Of a stretch of DNA of 64,000 bases, positions 27,612 to 42,658 are shown piece by piece (position 1 is the stretch's first letter; every line of letters begins with the position of its first letter). The position numbers were made by a program, and so were the translations under genes. This stretch comes from Octopus sinensis. Lineage: Eukaryota. The notes beneath the pieces are model-generated. The model searched no databases and was not told the DNA's origin. It was given only the letters and a program-made list of their open reading frames with translations. Where the stretch lies: the NCBI RefSeq assembly GCF_006345805.1, contig NC_042998.1, positions 149,544,001 to 149,608,000 on the forward strand. The letters are read 5' to 3'.

Positions 27612-28409
27612 ATATATATATATATGTATGTATGTGTGGGTGTAATTATGACGCGCACTCTCAACTCTTTACTTGACCTTTCCTTCCTGCCTGTCTGTCT
27701 TCCTCTCTACCTGTCTCTCTCCTTATTTTTCACCCTTTCTGGTTTCTTTTCCTCTCTCTCTCTCTCACTCCTCCTCTCTCTGGCCGCTGACCGGACTACT
27801 AAACTTCCTTTCTCTTCGCTGCTTTCAACAAGTCAACATCGACTTTCTTCTTGTCTCCAGCAAGTCGATCTTCTGAACTGCGTTCCAACGAATTTTTCTA
27901 CCGTCTAGGTTTAAAAAAGCCCTTATTGGTGGTTTCCTTGTCCTGTTTTTATTCTTTATGTGTACTGTATTTTTATTTAATTGTATTGCTGTTACGTCCT
28001 GTTCTTGTCTTTTTTTTTTACCCCTCTGCAAAAGAATTTTATTTAATTCATTTTGCAGGAAGGATTGTTTCGGCCGGATCGTGTTCTGCTCTTAGCTTCG
28101 AAACATGCATTGAGTCGAACCAGGGGCAGCTGATGAAGGGGAATATTCCTTGTATTGTTTGTCTTGTACTCTGTTTTTTCGTTGTTAAAAAAAGTCCGTT
28201 TCCTTGTTTGATTTTATGTTTTCGTTTCTCGTTGTGTTCTACGTTTATTTGTGGTGTCCTGTACTCATATATATATGCATGTATATATACATATAGATGT
28301 AGGTATGTACATATATGTATGTATGTATGCATATGTTTTAATAGTTAAATTGTTATTATATGATTGGACGCCTCGCGTCACTTTCTTATTTCTCCAAGTA
28401 AGTTTTTAT

Positions 28410-28476
<67 letters not shown>

Positions 28477-28733
28477 CGTTGTTATTATGCAAAAGTGTCG
28501 TAAGTCCAAAACGTTGCTTTTACAGAAAACAAAACAATAGTTTCTCCATTCCATTTCTTTCCACATTAGTAAAACCGTTGTACTACAACTTTGACATATT
28601 TTATATCTTGGCATCTGAAGCAGCTGGAGATACGATACCTTGACAAAAAGGACCGGCTTTGGAAGCAAAATAAATATTGCAAAAAACGGCATTTGGCCAA
28701 ATTTGGATATACAACAGTTTAAAATAATAACAA

Positions 28734-28802
<69 letters not shown>

Positions 28803-29092
28803 GTGTGTGTCTTTATGCCTGTGTTTGTTTCACCACCACCACTGCATGATGACCGGCTTTGGTGTGTTTGCGTCCCCGTAACCTAGCGGTTCGGCAAGAA
28901 GACCGATAGAATAAGTAGCAGATTTAACAAATAAGTTCTTGAATCGATTCATTCGACTACAGAAATTCTTCAGTGGTGTCTCAGCAGACCGCAGCCGAAT
29001 GACTGAAATATGTAAAAGACAATATATACATATATATATATTTACATATATATATATTTACATATATATATACACATACACATATACATATA

Positions 29093-29494
29093 AAGGGTCG
29101 TCAGATAAATTCGTTCGTTTTCCCCCACCCGTTAGTTTTAAGCCAGGTTTTTCATCAATAGTTTTAACCTATTCAAAAGTTCTAATCAAGGGCTCGGTTA
29201 GGAAGTTCTTTCGCATCCAGCATATTCTCCTGATATAGCACCTTCAGATTATTATATTTTTCGACCTCTCTTCACCAATCTGTGAAGTGTTTCGTTCAAC
29301 AACGACATGGAGCTAAAAACGTGGCTTCATGAATTCTTCGAGTCAAGTGCCAGTGATTTCTACTGTAAAGGCATTGACAATCTGGAGGAACGTCGACAAA
29401 GAAGAAAAGGAGAATATATTATTGACTATTGATGAAAAATATGGATTAAAACTAATAAGGAAAAAAAAACCGAACGAATTTATCAGACAACCTT
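29093..29494 (+). mobile_element. Internally deleted mariner (DD34D type) with both TIRs
   Basis: TIRs AAGGGTCGTCAGATAAATTCGTTCG and CGAACGAATTTATCAGACAACCTT. Translation gives EVLSHPAYSPDIAPSDYYIFR..KTWLHEFFES..DFYCKGIDNL..GEYI. Confidence 0.88.
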
Positions 29495-30089
29495 ATATAC
29501 ATATATATATCTTTTATCTTGTACTTGTTTCAGTTATTAAACTGAGGCCATACTGGGGCACCGCATTGAAGATTTTCTTTAGTCTAATGAATCCACCCCA
29601 AAACTTATTTTTTAATTTACGGGGGATGCAAACACACCAACAATGGTTGTAGGAGGACAAATACACACCCACACACACACATACACAAACACACACACAC
29701 ATAAAAATAGCATAGGTGCGTTGTGTTCCGGTAATTAATAAGTTAAAAAATGTACAAACTTAAGGAAGACAAAGGACGGCAAGTAAAAATAAGAGTAAAT
29801 GCACAGACGAATGGAAAAAGAAAGAGAAGGTCCCAAATTTCGTCTTTGTCCCTCGTCCGTCCACTAACGATCTCGTCTTGAATTACAGTTATTCATTTTC
29901 GTATGTTCACTTCTCTATCACTTGTTATCCATGCATTGTTTGTCTGTTACCGGTGCCATGTTCCCTGCAGCTCTTTCGTTAAAGTCACGAAATTGCGCCA
30001 GACTTATTGGTTGATAACTGATGACGATTTGGGGACCTTCCGCGTCTGTTTTTCGCTTGTGCATTTACTATATATTTTTAAACTTATAT

Positions 30090-30600
30090 GTAGGGATCTG
30101 ATCAATAAGTATCCGGACTGTTGTCATAGTAACGAAGCTAAAGCACGCAGAATGAAGCCGCTTGGCAAAGATTGACCTTAAAACTCTGCTGTGCATGCGC
30201 ACTGAAATTTAACGATCTAGTGGTTGGAGAGGAGTGTATGAGCTGCACACGAGTGCATAGTGGTTCAGACGTTTCCAAGATGGCCGAAAAATGTCCATAT
30301 TGACGAACAGCAGAACTGAGAAAAGCATCTCAGATGAGCGTGTAGCTGTGAGAGGAAATCGTCGAATCACTATCTGTAGTTTGGGTGTGAGATTTGGGTA
30401 TGAGACGCGTGTCTGTCAAGTTTGTGCCAGCACAGCTTTCAGCTGACCAAAAGCACACTCGAGTTTCAGTTGGATAAGATCTCCTTGATTGTGTCGAGAA
30501 CGACGAAAACTTTTTGAAAACTTTGCATAGGCCTCTGAGCAGGTATCGTCAAGCTTTTGGCAAAATTTGATGCAGATACTCAGCTCAACTTTCACTGTCT
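30090..30600 (+). mobile_element. Mariner relic (N-terminal half, different subfamily)
   Basis: GEECMS..WFRRFQDGR..GNRRITI..DLGMRRVSVKFVP.QLSADQKHTRV..DENFLKT. Confidence 0.75.
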
Positions 30601-30649
30601 ATGCACGGTCACACCTCGTATATATAACACACAAACTCATACACACACC

Positions 30650-30825
30650 GCTAGCCACTATACATTCTTTATTTTTTCTCATTGTTTCTTTCTGTGTTCC
30701 TTTCTGTGGAGAACGTAAGTTCGAAACGTTAAATACTTTTTCACTTTCCGAGCGCGTTATACTAATACATCTGTTTGTTGTCTACACTACCCGTCTTCGT
30801 CTTTTGTTTTTTGTGAATTCTCCCT
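30650..30825 (+). repeat. Second copy of the 27038 element with a hammerhead-like variant
   Basis: TTT-CTGTGGA-GAAC-GTAA-GTTC-GAAACGTT-AAA at 30701-30733. Confidence 0.75.
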
Positions 30826-31373
30826 ATGTATGTATGTATAAATTTTTTTCCGGGACGTCCTACGTCCCAGATATAAAGGTAAATATAAAATATTTCCACT
30901 TTACAAGTTCGAGTCGAGTACTCCCTTGCACGCTCCGTTGACTCGAACCTTGCTTCTACTGTGGTGAATTTACCTTTCATAGTCGCACCAAGACATTTTT
31001 CGACGGTGCTTTCCTCCATGTGTTCAAATCTTCTTTTTTCTCTACATTGTATACTTTATAGACAATAGTCTTTTCTTTAATTTAATTTTTTATTATCCAT
31101 CTAGAGTATTCCATTTTTGCACGCTAATTTTATTTTTAATTTATTCCCATTCATGTGAAACCACTTATTCAAGTTCAAGCCATTGATGCAATTTTATACC
31201 AATTGCTATTTTTAATTTTGTTATGTTACGATTATATTATACTTTAGTTTGATTTTAATTATTACTTACTACATATAATTCAATTGTTATTATTATTTTT
31301 ATTGTTAAAGTGAAAGTATCTGACATAAAATAGAGAAATGTTTTTGTTTCACTTTTAACACGTAATACTGAAA

Positions 31374-31710
31374 TAGTGGAGAAGATATGATATTGTTATG
31401 GGCTCGCTCTAGGCAAGAAGCTGAACGTTTTTTTCCCCATGAAACTACATGGACCCTAAGTAAGGCATGTATAAAATTTGAATGAAATTGGTTGTGTAGT
31501 TCTCAAGTTTTAGGGAATCGTAGTGGAGAAGATATGATATTGCTGTGGGCTCGCCCTAGGAAAAAAGTTCAAAATTTTTTAGGCCGATGACACTCCCCGG
31601 ACCCTAAGTAAGGCATGTGTAAAATTTGAATGAAATTGGTTCTGTAGTTCTCAAGTTTTAGGGAAACACACAGACAGACAGACATTCTCAGTTTTATATA
31701 TATAAAGATA
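31374..31710 (+). mobile_element. Helentron/Helitron-associated non-autonomous element, 3' part, with a tandem repeat of about 146 bp
   Basis: Two units starting TAGTGGAGAAGATATG. It ends AAATTTGAATGAAATTGG..(ACAG)n..TTTTATATATATAAAGAT. Confidence 0.6.
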
Positions 31711-33149
31711 TAGCTGTTAACATAGGTTTCACCTAAACTTCTTGACGCCCTTCAATTGATATTTTTTACGCGTAAAGAGATAGGTCTACGGATGTTTAGA
31801 CTCAGTTATTACACATTTTGAGCATCTTGTTTCGCAAGTGTATATAACTTGATATTTTAAATATCTTCTGTCTGTTCTCCAGCTGAAGAAGACTACACCT
31901 GTACCTTTGGTATGGAACAGGCTATAAGATATGCGTAGGCATCCCTCGAATTTACTATTTAGTTATTTTTGTATATTTGCTTTGAGCAATTTTTGATTCA
32001 GACTACGTAACAAGCATGTATGTGTATGTATGTATGTATATATGTGTGCGTAAGTGCATGTGTGTGTATGTATGTATGCATGCAACTATGTATGTATATA
32101 TGTACGTATGCATGGATGCATGTATGTATGTGTGTATGTATATATATATATATATATTCATACGCACGCTCACACACACACAAATATTAAGTATGTGTAA
32201 GTATATATGTGTGCGTGTATTCATATACTTAAACACATACATATATGCATACATACTCATATCTAATATGTTGTTGTGTGTATGTGAACACACACACAAA
32301 CACACGCACGCGCACACATACATACACATACACGCACACACACATATCTACTGAAAAGTTGATACATCAAAGCTACTTGTGACACGAAATAAATTCCACC
32401 TTTTGAAAAACAGTAAATATTATTATGATATTCTCATTAATTCTCGAACCAAATATTTGTAATTAATCAGTTAATTAATTGGACGTTAAATTAATGAATC
32501 CGCTAATAAATTGATTTTTGATGAGTATCGCTATTAGACGTAGATTACAGAGATAGTTTAATAACAACAGAGCGGAAATACAAGTGGTTAGTAATATGCG
32601 TTCCTGAATACGAAAATGAGGCTGGCGACTCAACGAAAGTAATCACGTAACTTAACGTGTATTTGTAGAAGTTAAAACTCAAAATATCAATTCATGTTTA
32701 ATGTTGGAATTTTTTAAACATTTTAAATCGAAACATCTCAGATACTTTCAGAGGTTGATAACAGCGGGAAAGTAACAAAAAAAAAAAGTAACTCCACCTA
32801 GAAAGTATCGATTTGACTATGTTTCATTATGTATATTGTATACTCGAATCGATATTTTTATAACTAATTACGTAGGACTATTTTTGATGTACATCATACA
32901 CTCATTGATATAAGCAGAATAAATATTCCACCCCAATCTTAATTAAAACTGAAATAATGAAAGAAAAAATTATTTTGTACATAAACGGCTAGTTTCCGAT
33001 AGTATTTTAGTCATCAACATCTGATAAAAATTCACTCGTTATGCGGCCTATTTTCTTGCTGTTCTATATTATTATTATTGTTGATGTTGTTGTTGTTATT
33101 GGTGTTGCTGTTGTTGTTGCTCTTCTTCTTAATATTATTCATATACACA

Positions 33150-34410
33150 CAACAGATTAGACTGTTGGAAAAGGAAAATTCCTGACATCAGGCAACAAGT
33201 AAGCTTAGTTGCCAAGAACCCTCCTAAGCATCCTAGCTGTCCCTAATAACACTGTTTTCTGGAGTTGCACTAAACTGGGTTTTGTGTCTATTTCCTGTTT
33301 TATCTGTTCAAATCTTTAGCGATATTATTATTATTATTGAAACAAAGCTCAGGTTTGATCTTATTCCTAGTAGGATTTATGTGAGTAGCAGGTTACTACC
33401 TGTAACTTTAGGTATCTACACGCTTTCGGCAGTCTCTCAAGTCCTGATAACCTTTGCTGTCCATAAGAGGCAAACTTTCCGTAGGAGCTCCACCAGTCAT
33501 TCTATTTCAATCTTCTTTAGCCTTTTGTCTATATCTTGGCTTACTGTTCCCAACGCACCAATTATTATAGGCACGACCTTTACTGTTCTCATATTCCAAA
33601 ACTTCGCTTTTCTTTATCTATGAACGTAATATCTGGTCTATTGTTTTCTAGTTTCTTGTCCGTTTGAAAAGGGAAGTCCCACAAAATTTTACATTTCTCC
33701 GACTCTAGTACTCTTTCGACTCGATGGTTGTACCATGTGTTTCCTGCTTCAAATCCCCATTTCTGGCACAGTTTCTAGTTTAACCTGGTAGTGCCTTTAT
33801 TTCTTATATCTTTTCCTGTGCCAAATTGGGGGCATTCTTTCACAGTGTGTGCTACTGTCTTTTTTCCAAGTTCCACAAGCTCTGTATTTTTCTGACACAT
33901 CTTCTCCATATATATTTTTTCTCAACTTGTTTGTTTTTATCGCTTGGTCTTGGACTGCTATGATACAATTACTCTCCTCTCTCTGTTTCTTTTTTTAATT
34001 GCTCCTTTTTTTAAACAAGCCTAGGATTTTGCTTCACATACGTCTTCAGTGACTCTCTAAAATTGGCTATGCACAAGTTTCCCCTCGATCTGTGTAACGT
34101 GCTCTCTTTGTAGTTCATTCCTGTTCTTTTCTCCTATTATGCGTTTCATCACAAACAATGAGAGCTGTTGACAACAGTTGTTCTTTAGTACCTCTGCATC
34201 ACCTACAGCTGTTTTGTTCGGGCGGTAATATGAGGTCGACTTTGCCTTTCATCCTTTCGGGGTCGATAAATTAAGTACCAGTTACGCACTGGGGTCGATG
34301 TAATCGACTTAATACCTATGTCTGTCCTTGTTTGTCCCCTCTGTGTTTAGCCCCTTGTGGGTAATAAAGAAATAGGTAATATATCGTTCTCGTCAAGAAA
34401 TTTATAGAGT
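33150..34410 (-). mobile_element. Decayed R4/Dong-type LINE fragments interrupted by a SINE
   Basis: Minus strand gives AVQDQAIKT, ECPNLAQ, ILWDFPFQTD, NNRPDI, PIIIGALGT and KVCL.GTA. Confidence 0.7.
34232..34374 (+). mobile_element. SINE family B (5'-truncated) with 8-bp TSD
   Basis: GGTAATAT at 34224-34231 and 34375-34382. Confidence 0.88.
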
Positions 34411-34419
34411 TCTTCTGCA

Positions 34420-35270
34420 ATTGTTATATGTCTGACTTTTGTTTTGTATTTGTACAAGTTGACTCTAAGTCTCACCCAGAGACCTCAAAGTACAACAAGT
34501 TAAATGTTCATGTTGGTGTTATGACTAGGGTTCCATACATTTGGTTTTGCACAAAGTATTGTTCTAGAGAATGTCTGTCAAAACAAGTAAATTAGAAAAT
34601 TCGAATACAAGATGATTGTCTGATGTGAAGATGACAGTAAAAGTTGTTTGCTGTTATGTACATTTGAAAGTATTTTGACACTGTTTACGGATTAAAATAT
34701 TTTTGGAATTACACAGACAATATTTAAAGTAGGATATAGGCAGTTCCCATGAGCACCATTTTAAAAATTTCTTCCATTTTTGAATTTCTTGGTATCTGAG
34801 CTAGGTAATGTTATAATCTTGATGTTCCACATTTTGCCAATTTCTAGTTCAAGATCTTTATGCTTGTTCAGTTTTTAGTAGGTCTTGACAGGTATATTTA
34901 TATCGATTGGGTCAGTCATATCGGTGAGGAGGCAAGATTTTTGTCTGAAGTCCTATTTGCGTCTATTTTTCTGACAGTTTGAAAGGTGAAGTTACAAAGA
35001 GTGAGACGTGGTCATTTTCAAGCACAGGCGATGGTTTGTGTTCCCATCAGTTTTTATCATGGGGCAGGTCTAGGTCTTTGTAAATTACTGCGCTGCTCTA
35101 TCATGCCTGTTGAGATACTCTGTAGGCGCAAGAAGATTGCACAAGGAAACATGATCGATGGTTTCATTTTGTTGTTTACATACATGACATTATTTGGCTA
35201 CTGCCGTCCTTTAATATGTTGGCCTGGTGGCTTCTTTTAGGTAGGTATTGATCTTGGCCTGCTATAATTA
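34420..35270 (-). mobile_element. 5'-truncated R4/Dong-type LINE starting at an (AAT)n run
   Basis: Minus strand gives CHVCKQQNETIDHV..APTEYLNRHDRAAQ, KHKDLELEIGKMWNIK and KMVLMGTA. Confidence 0.75.
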
Positions 35271-35288
35271 TTATCATTGTTGTTGTTG

Positions 35289-35348
<60 letters not shown>

Positions 35349-35349
35349 C

Positions 35350-35381
<32 letters not shown>

Positions 35382-36099
35382 TTCCTGCTGAACATACAGA
35401 CGTATTTTCGACCGCCTCAAGTAAGTCTTGTTAAAAACCTTTGTTTGCATCTATTTATTGCCATTGTTTTCGTTTAAACATTGTTCCAGTTTGTGAACAG
35501 AAACACCAGGGACGTAGCATTGGGTTCCTGTATTTGTTTATCCCCTCCAGGGCTACAATCGGCCCCAAATAATTCGATGAGCGTTTCAATCAAATATAAA
35601 TCAACAAGCTGGTGAAACGCATCTTGGAAGAGTTAAGAAAAAGAAGCTACCCCTCCTCAAAAGATATTTTTGAATGCTGTAGATTTCCCTATTCTTCCCT
35701 CCGTTATTGATAACACTACCTGAGAGGGGGGGAAATAAAAGGAAGGACACTAAAATTTCAAAGTCCACCTCATATTAGCAGCAGTGAATGAATTGGCAAC
35801 AGAAGTGACGACAACGATAGCGACAGCGGTGGCGGTGACAGCAGCAGCAGCAGCAGCAGCGGAGACAGTAGCGACGGCGGCGACAGCAGCGGCGGTGGAA
35901 ATAGCGGCGGTGGAAATAGCGGCAGTGGCAGTAGTAGAAGTAGTAACAGTAACGCAATTCAGAACACAATGGATTTAAACGGAGAAAATAATACTTAAAT
36001 TAAAGGTAGTGACGTAGGTGTGGAGAGTGGTAACGGTGGAAGTGGCCACAACTCTACCACCATCACCACAAACAACAACAGCAGCAGTAACTACAACAA

Positions 36100-36760
36100 C
36101 AATAATAAAAACAAGAAGTTTGCTTATGTTGCAAATACAATGAAAGAAATATTTACAATCCCTCTCCTGAACAAAATTCGAGAATTTTCTGAAGCAAAAA
36201 ATACCATCAGTATTCTCCGGGGTAAGGCATCAGTGCTCGTACCTCCCGAAATAGTAGAGATAAAAGAAAGAATGTATCTTAAATGCGTATCATGGAAAAG
36301 TAGGAAATCCGAAATAGCTTCCATCACTCAGATCGAGAAGGACCTCAGGGAAATTTTAATAGATGTGTCTCACATACAGAGAGGGAGACAGTTTGCTAGC
36401 ACTGAAGTTCTCTTTAAAAGCAAGGACCTTGTGCGAAGGCCCGCCGTGACACCCCGGTGGACTGAGGAATGGGTGTAAACGTCTGGTGGATCGTTGCCTG
36501 TGCGTTGCAGAATCCAGAGGCACGCCTGCAGGTAGAAAAAAGAGCAGGTGGAAGAACTGGTGCGGGATCCACTTGGAGATATTAATCCGTGTGTAACCAG
36601 GGAATATCGGGAAGATCCCGGACCTGATCCAGCTGCCCAACAGTGTGGAACTGCGCGTCGTTGTGGAAGGCAGGAAGCTCAGATATGACACATGTGGGGC
36701 CACAAGCTAGCTGAGAACCTTCTGTCCTCAAGAGTCGGTAGGTACGCGGCCACCCCTGCA
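36100..36760 (+). pseudogene. Decayed ORF1 (gag-like) of a Tx1/L1-type element
   Basis: ORF 36020-36478 is followed by IPDLIQLPNSVELRVVVEGRKLRYDTCGATS*LRTFCP, a degenerate CCHC knuckle. Confidence 0.5.
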
Positions 36761-37253
36761 GCTTCCAACGCACTCCCAACAGCGACCTTTTGATAGAACT
36801 GCAGCCCCACACAATACAATGGGGAAAAACGTCCAGGGTATCTGTCAATCCTGCCCCCTCAACCCCTCTCTTAAGCATACACTCACACAAGCACGTGCAC
36901 ACTATCATAGACTCACTCATACTCACTGAAGTAGGCCATACAGGCACTAACCACTACTCATCCCGTAGCGAAGACGAGGAAGAACTCCACAAGATAAAAA
37001 AAAAACGAAAAAGGCAAACGAAACAGAGAACAAAAAAAACCTACACCAACACCCCAAAACAGAAATTCCCAGCAATCGAACAACACAAACAACACCAGCA
37101 CTACCATCCACACAACCACCACCACCCCAACCAAATCCACCAATGCATTCACAATCAAAACTCACAGTCACCAACACAGAAACACCAAATTATGTGCTCG
37201 TGAGGAGAGCCAACAAAAATTTGTTGGCTCTCATAGCCAAAAACAAGCAAGTT

Positions 37254-37291
<38 letters not shown>

Positions 37292-38039
37292 AGTGTGTGT
37301 GTGTGGTGTGTGTGTGTGTGCAATTTATGACACCAGCACCCTTAAGGTTCCAGATCATTTACTGTTAATTCAGTTACCCCTCAACGCATACAAAGTTCAG
37401 AGGTCTCCAATGACGTGGGAAGGCCAAACGACCACGCCACTAAGAGGCTTTTAGCCAGTTTCCCAGAGTCACCGGACTGCCAACAGTCACGTCTGCCCGT
37501 GTACACGCGGCGCACGTGTGTGTATTAGGTATGTGTGTGTGTGCGCGCATGCGCGTGAGTACGGCTATACGGCTTGAAATATAAACATGAAAGTTGTGCC
37601 GACTAGTCGACACCAGCTGTGACAGTGATAGTCCTCCTCCATATTGTATATAATCTCCTCCCATAATCGATACACCTAAAGCACAGTAACATTGTAAAAA
37701 GTACCTGAACATTGTTGGTATTTAACCAAAGTTTAGCTGTCGTCGAGCAAACCTATAATCAAAGACATTCTCATTTTGACCATTCTATTTACGTACATAC
37801 ACACAAAAGACTACACAGTTGAATGCATTCCTCTTTAAGTTGCTGAGAAGTGACTTTAAGTAGTATTTGACTGTGATTTCCAGGAGGCCGACGCACACCA
37901 TACAGATGCCCTTGGTGTCAGAATTCCCTACAAAAACTTGATCCCGTTTTGATTTTGAATTACCTGAAGCTTAGACATTCTACAGTAGAATGTAGAATGT
38001 ATTGGTTTGGAGCCTAACTACAGGGCCAAGTGTACTGGG

Positions 38040-38370
38040 TATCTTTTATCTTTAATTTTTTTTCTGGCACTAAACTGTGGCCATGCTGGGGCACCGCCTT
38101 GAAGAATTTAGTCGATTGACTTGACCCCAGTACATATTTTCTTAAAGACAAAGTTACACACATACATACACACACTCTCTCTCTCTCTCTCATACACACA
38201 CACACACACATGACGGGCTTCTTCCAGTTTTTGTCCACCAAATCAACTCACAAACTTTGGTCGGCTTGAGACTATGGTAGGAGACACTCGCCCCAGGTAC
38301 CACACAGTGGAACTGAACCCGGAACCATGAGGTCAGAAAGTAAGCTTCATACCACTCAATCACGCCTATT
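38040..38370 (-). mobile_element. SINE family A
   Basis: Reverse-complement head (38212-38370) and tail (38040-38140). Confidence 0.8.
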
Positions 38371-38539
38371 TAAAACCTATATAGAATGGTTCTGAATATA
38401 TTTTAGATAGATCTGGAACCTATATAGAGTACACCCAAATGCATTATATATCGAGTTTAGGTGAGCTTTAGTCGATAACATGAGACCTCAGTAGATGAGT
38501 GGTACTCACTTTATCGACCCCGAAAAAGATAATGCCATA

Positions 38540-38770
38540 TCTGGGGATGTACGAGTGGATAACAAAGAAGTAGAAAAGATTGACAAGAACAAGTTACCAA
38601 AAGATGAGACTGCATGAATGTATTCAATTAGTAGTTGTGGGGACAATGGGAGCATTAACAACCAGGTTTGAGAAATTTGGTGGAGAAATTCGGATTGACA
38701 TGAGGGTAGTGCAGGCTCAAAACGTCTTTATGGGGACAGCGAGTATTTTGGAATTGGTACTTGGATGTTA
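38540..38770 (+). mobile_element. R4/Dong-type LINE, extreme 3' fragment
   Basis: VVVGTMGALTTRFEK..AQNVFMGTASILELVLGC. Confidence 0.6.
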
Positions 38771-38774
38771 AATA

Positions 38775-38950
38775 TCGTGGGAAGAGATCCAGTGAGGGCG
38801 CACACTCTCCTACCCTGATGTAATCTCCAGGGATACAGGCATCCAGCAACAGGACCTCCGTAATGCCATGATGGACCGTGAAGTCTGGCGTAGCATGGTA
38901 AATTCCATTGTCTCGACGACGGTCGAACAATGATGATGATGATGATGAGA
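38775..38950 (+). mobile_element. 3' end of an RTE-type LINE with (TGA)n tail
   Basis: LSYPDVISRDTGIQQQDLRNAMMDREVWRSMV followed by (TGA)n. Confidence 0.65.
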
Positions 38951-39032
38951 ACCTTGACAACAGGTCGTTGTCCGCTCTTACAAAATTAGCCGAACCAATT
39001 GAAATCAATGGCTTTGAGAGGTGAAATAGAAA

Positions 39033-39103
<71 letters not shown>

Positions 39104-39524
39104 ATAATAATAATAATAATAATAATGATAACGGTTCCAAATTTTTCCACAAGGTTTCGAGAGTCACAGAAAAATACAACGTTAAACGGAGGACTTACAA
39201 AGACGTGCAGTGTTGGTGGTGCGAAATTACATTCAAAGACTGAAGGAGAGCAAAATATAAAATATATTTATATACTTTATATAAATGGAAGAATTAAAAA
39301 TGTATAAAACACAATATATAACGATGTTTATATAAAATCTAAATCTTCATTTGTGTTGACTAGTGTATCTCATTTGATAACATCTGTGCTATGGTTGGCC
39401 TCAAATGTTGGAGAACCCTAAAATTTTCTGCTAAGAATTCTTATACTGGGTTAATGAGGGTCCATGTCCTCTGGAGCGTTGAAATAGAAACACTTTATAA
39501 AGTGTGTTGGAATTTTGAACAATT

Positions 39525-39916
39525 AGGCGCAGGAGTGGCTGTGTGGTAAGTGTGGTAAGTAATGGTTCCGGGTTCAGTCTCACTGCGTGGTACCTTGGGT
39601 AAGTGTCTTCTACTATAGCCTCGGGCCGACCAAAGCCTTGTGAGTGGATTTGATAGACGGAAACTGAAAGAAGCGCGTCATATATATGTATATGTATATA
39701 TATGTGTGCTTGTTTGTGTGTCTGTGTTTGTTCCTCAACATCGCTTGACAACCGATGCTGGTGTGTTTATGTCCCTGTAACTTGGCGGTTCGGCAAAGTA
39801 GACCGATAGAATAAGTACTAGGCTTACAATGAATAAGTCTTGGAGTCGATTTGCTCGACTAAAGGCGGTGCTCCAGCATAGCCGCAGTCAAATGACTGAA
39901 ACAAGTAAAAGAGTAA
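39525..39916 (+). mobile_element. SINE family A, well-preserved full copy
   Basis: GGCGCAGGAGTGGCTGTGTGGTAAG head, CCTTGGGTAAGTGTCTTCTAC core-like segment, internal (TA/TG)n and tail. Confidence 0.9.
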
Positions 39917-41815
39917 ATTGTCATTGTTTTGTCTTTTAAATGTGAAGCCATTTCCTCGATAAGTGTTTTCTCAGAACTTCGTTTTATCGCGAATGGCTAC
40001 AGGTTTTATTTTATTCAGATCGGGGAATAACTGTAGCTTGTAGGACATTGGTTCTTCTCCAGAAGATAAGGATTCTTCTTCGTGGGAAGGGGTTCTCCTT
40101 CGTAGATGTGTACTCGACCTTACATATTTTGCTTTATTTTCTACCTTTTCTTTTTCATTTTTCGTTTTATTGAAGAATGATTTTTTCCTTATCAGTATCT
40201 CTCAGATTCTTGTCCTCATAAGTGGATGGGCTACTTCCGTATGTGCGCGCTGTGTGTAGGTTTATGCCTCTGTGTGTCAGATACTTCTATGTCATTTCGT
40301 GTTGCTGCCGATGTTTGTCGTCACCGTTTGTGGCCGAACAATGAAACTTCTTGAACTCAAGGCTCACCCGTAATAACAAGGATGGGGCAGTTTCACTTGC
40401 CGACTTGTTGAGTTGCGCCTGCCGCCGTTCTAGGACCGTCAACCATCATGATTTTTTGTTACTCTTTTTCTTTAAACTTTCTGCGCAGAAAGCATTTAGA
40501 AGGATATTGCTTCCACACATGTAGCACCTGGTTCATGAATCGTGTATGCTGAGCTTCAAGATCTTTGAGCACCGTCTTCAGAACAGCCGTCAATAATACC
40601 AAGTGCATTATTCAGCGCAAAACCGACGGTAGCACTCTCACAACCGAACAAAAAAATACATACACAAATATATATATATATATAATATATATATATATAT
40701 GTATGTATGTATATATATGTATATATATGTATATATATGTATATATACATATACGTACACATATACATATACAAATGCACACGCGCGCGCAAACAAACAC
40801 GCACGCACGCACACATATATGAGAAGGGAAAATAGAAAAATCTTAGAAAAATATAAAAAAGAACCAACAAAATAAGAAACGAAAATACAACGAAGAAAAT
40901 GTGAGTAGAACAAGTTAAAAGAATCGGAGATAGAGTTAAAGACAAGTAAAAAACAAACAAACAAAAAATAAACAATGACAAAACCCCAAATAAAAGTAAC
41001 GAATAAAAACAAAAGAAAGCCTTGATCAAAAAAAAAAAAGGTTGTGAGAGAAAAGTTCAGTCTGTTGCCAACATCGCAGTGTGAGTCTGGCTTTTGTACA
41101 TCGTATTTCAATGTTTGACGTGTATAAAATGACTTTTTTATGCTTGCAGCAGTAAATTATAATGAAATGGGCTGTATGTGTATGTGCGCGTGTGAGTGTA
41201 TGCATGAGTGTGTTGGTGTATGTGTGTGTGTGTGAGTGTGGTTATGTGGTGTTTGAACCGGCAGAATTAAAGTGGGAAATAAATATTGAACAAAAAAAAT
41301 TAAAATGCAGAAATAAATAATTTCAAAATGAATAAATAAAACAACAGTTTGGAAGGCATAGATACATAAAAATATTAATAAAGTGATTAAGAATGTATGT
41401 ATGTATGCATGTATGTATGTATGTATGTATGTATGTATGTATGTATGTATGTATGTATGTATGTATGTATGTATGTATGTATGTATGTATGCTTATATAC
41501 ACATATATATATATATATCTATATATCTATATAGATGCATACGCATACACATTCTTGTTTAGTATATGCAAGCATATATGCAAATGTGGTATTCGCTTGT
41601 TTATATAGTTATATATGTGTGCGTGTGTGTATTAATATATATATATATATATATGCAACCATATATGTAACTGCGATATTCGTTTGTTTACACATATGCA
41701 TATATACACATATACATATATATACATATACCTACATATATAGATACATATATATACGTATGCATATATATGTACATATATAAATTATATAAATATGTAT
41801 ATATATACATACATA

Positions 41816-41863
<48 letters not shown>

Positions 41864-42139
41864 TATATATATACATATATACATACATATTAAATATAGA
41901 CATACATATATGTATACGAGCATCCACACGCACACTCACATACAAGTGTATATCTAAAACTTTGTGTATCGCAATTAAATGAATTATTGTGTGTTTGTTT
42001 GTGATGTATGTGTAGGTGTGGGTATATGTGTATGTCCCTGTATGTGTGCTTGAGTGTGTGCGCGTCCATATACATCGCATAAATTCACATTTACAGACAT
42101 ACATGTACATATATGCACACAGACACACACGCACACACA

Positions 42140-42192
42140 CATATACGTATATAGGTATGTAAGAGATTTTTTTCATATTTATTGCTGCAGAT

Positions 42193-42233
<41 letters not shown>

Positions 42234-42303
42234 CATGTATAGACCACGTGATATATGACTGAGTGTGCGTATGTATAGCTATTCATATACATATATACAT
42301 GCA

Positions 42304-42339
<36 letters not shown>

Positions 42340-42369
42340 TGATATACATACACACCACACACACGCACG

Positions 42370-42400
<31 letters not shown>

Positions 42401-42562
42401 ACACATATACGTATATAGGTATGTAAGAGATTTTTTTCATATTTATTGCTGCAGATCACTAGATATATATATATTATATATATATATATATTCACATGTA
42501 TAGACCACGTGATATATGACTGAGTGTGCGTATGTATAGCTATTCATATACATATATACATG

Positions 42563-42596
<34 letters not shown>

Positions 42597-42627
42597 TGAT
42601 ATACATACACACACACACACACGCACG

Positions 42628-42658
<31 letters not shown>

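Noticed and set aside
37540-37556. GCGCATGCGC palindrome (NRF1-like site)
   Set aside because: It is embedded in a (GT/GC)n tract and is likely microsatellite-derived.
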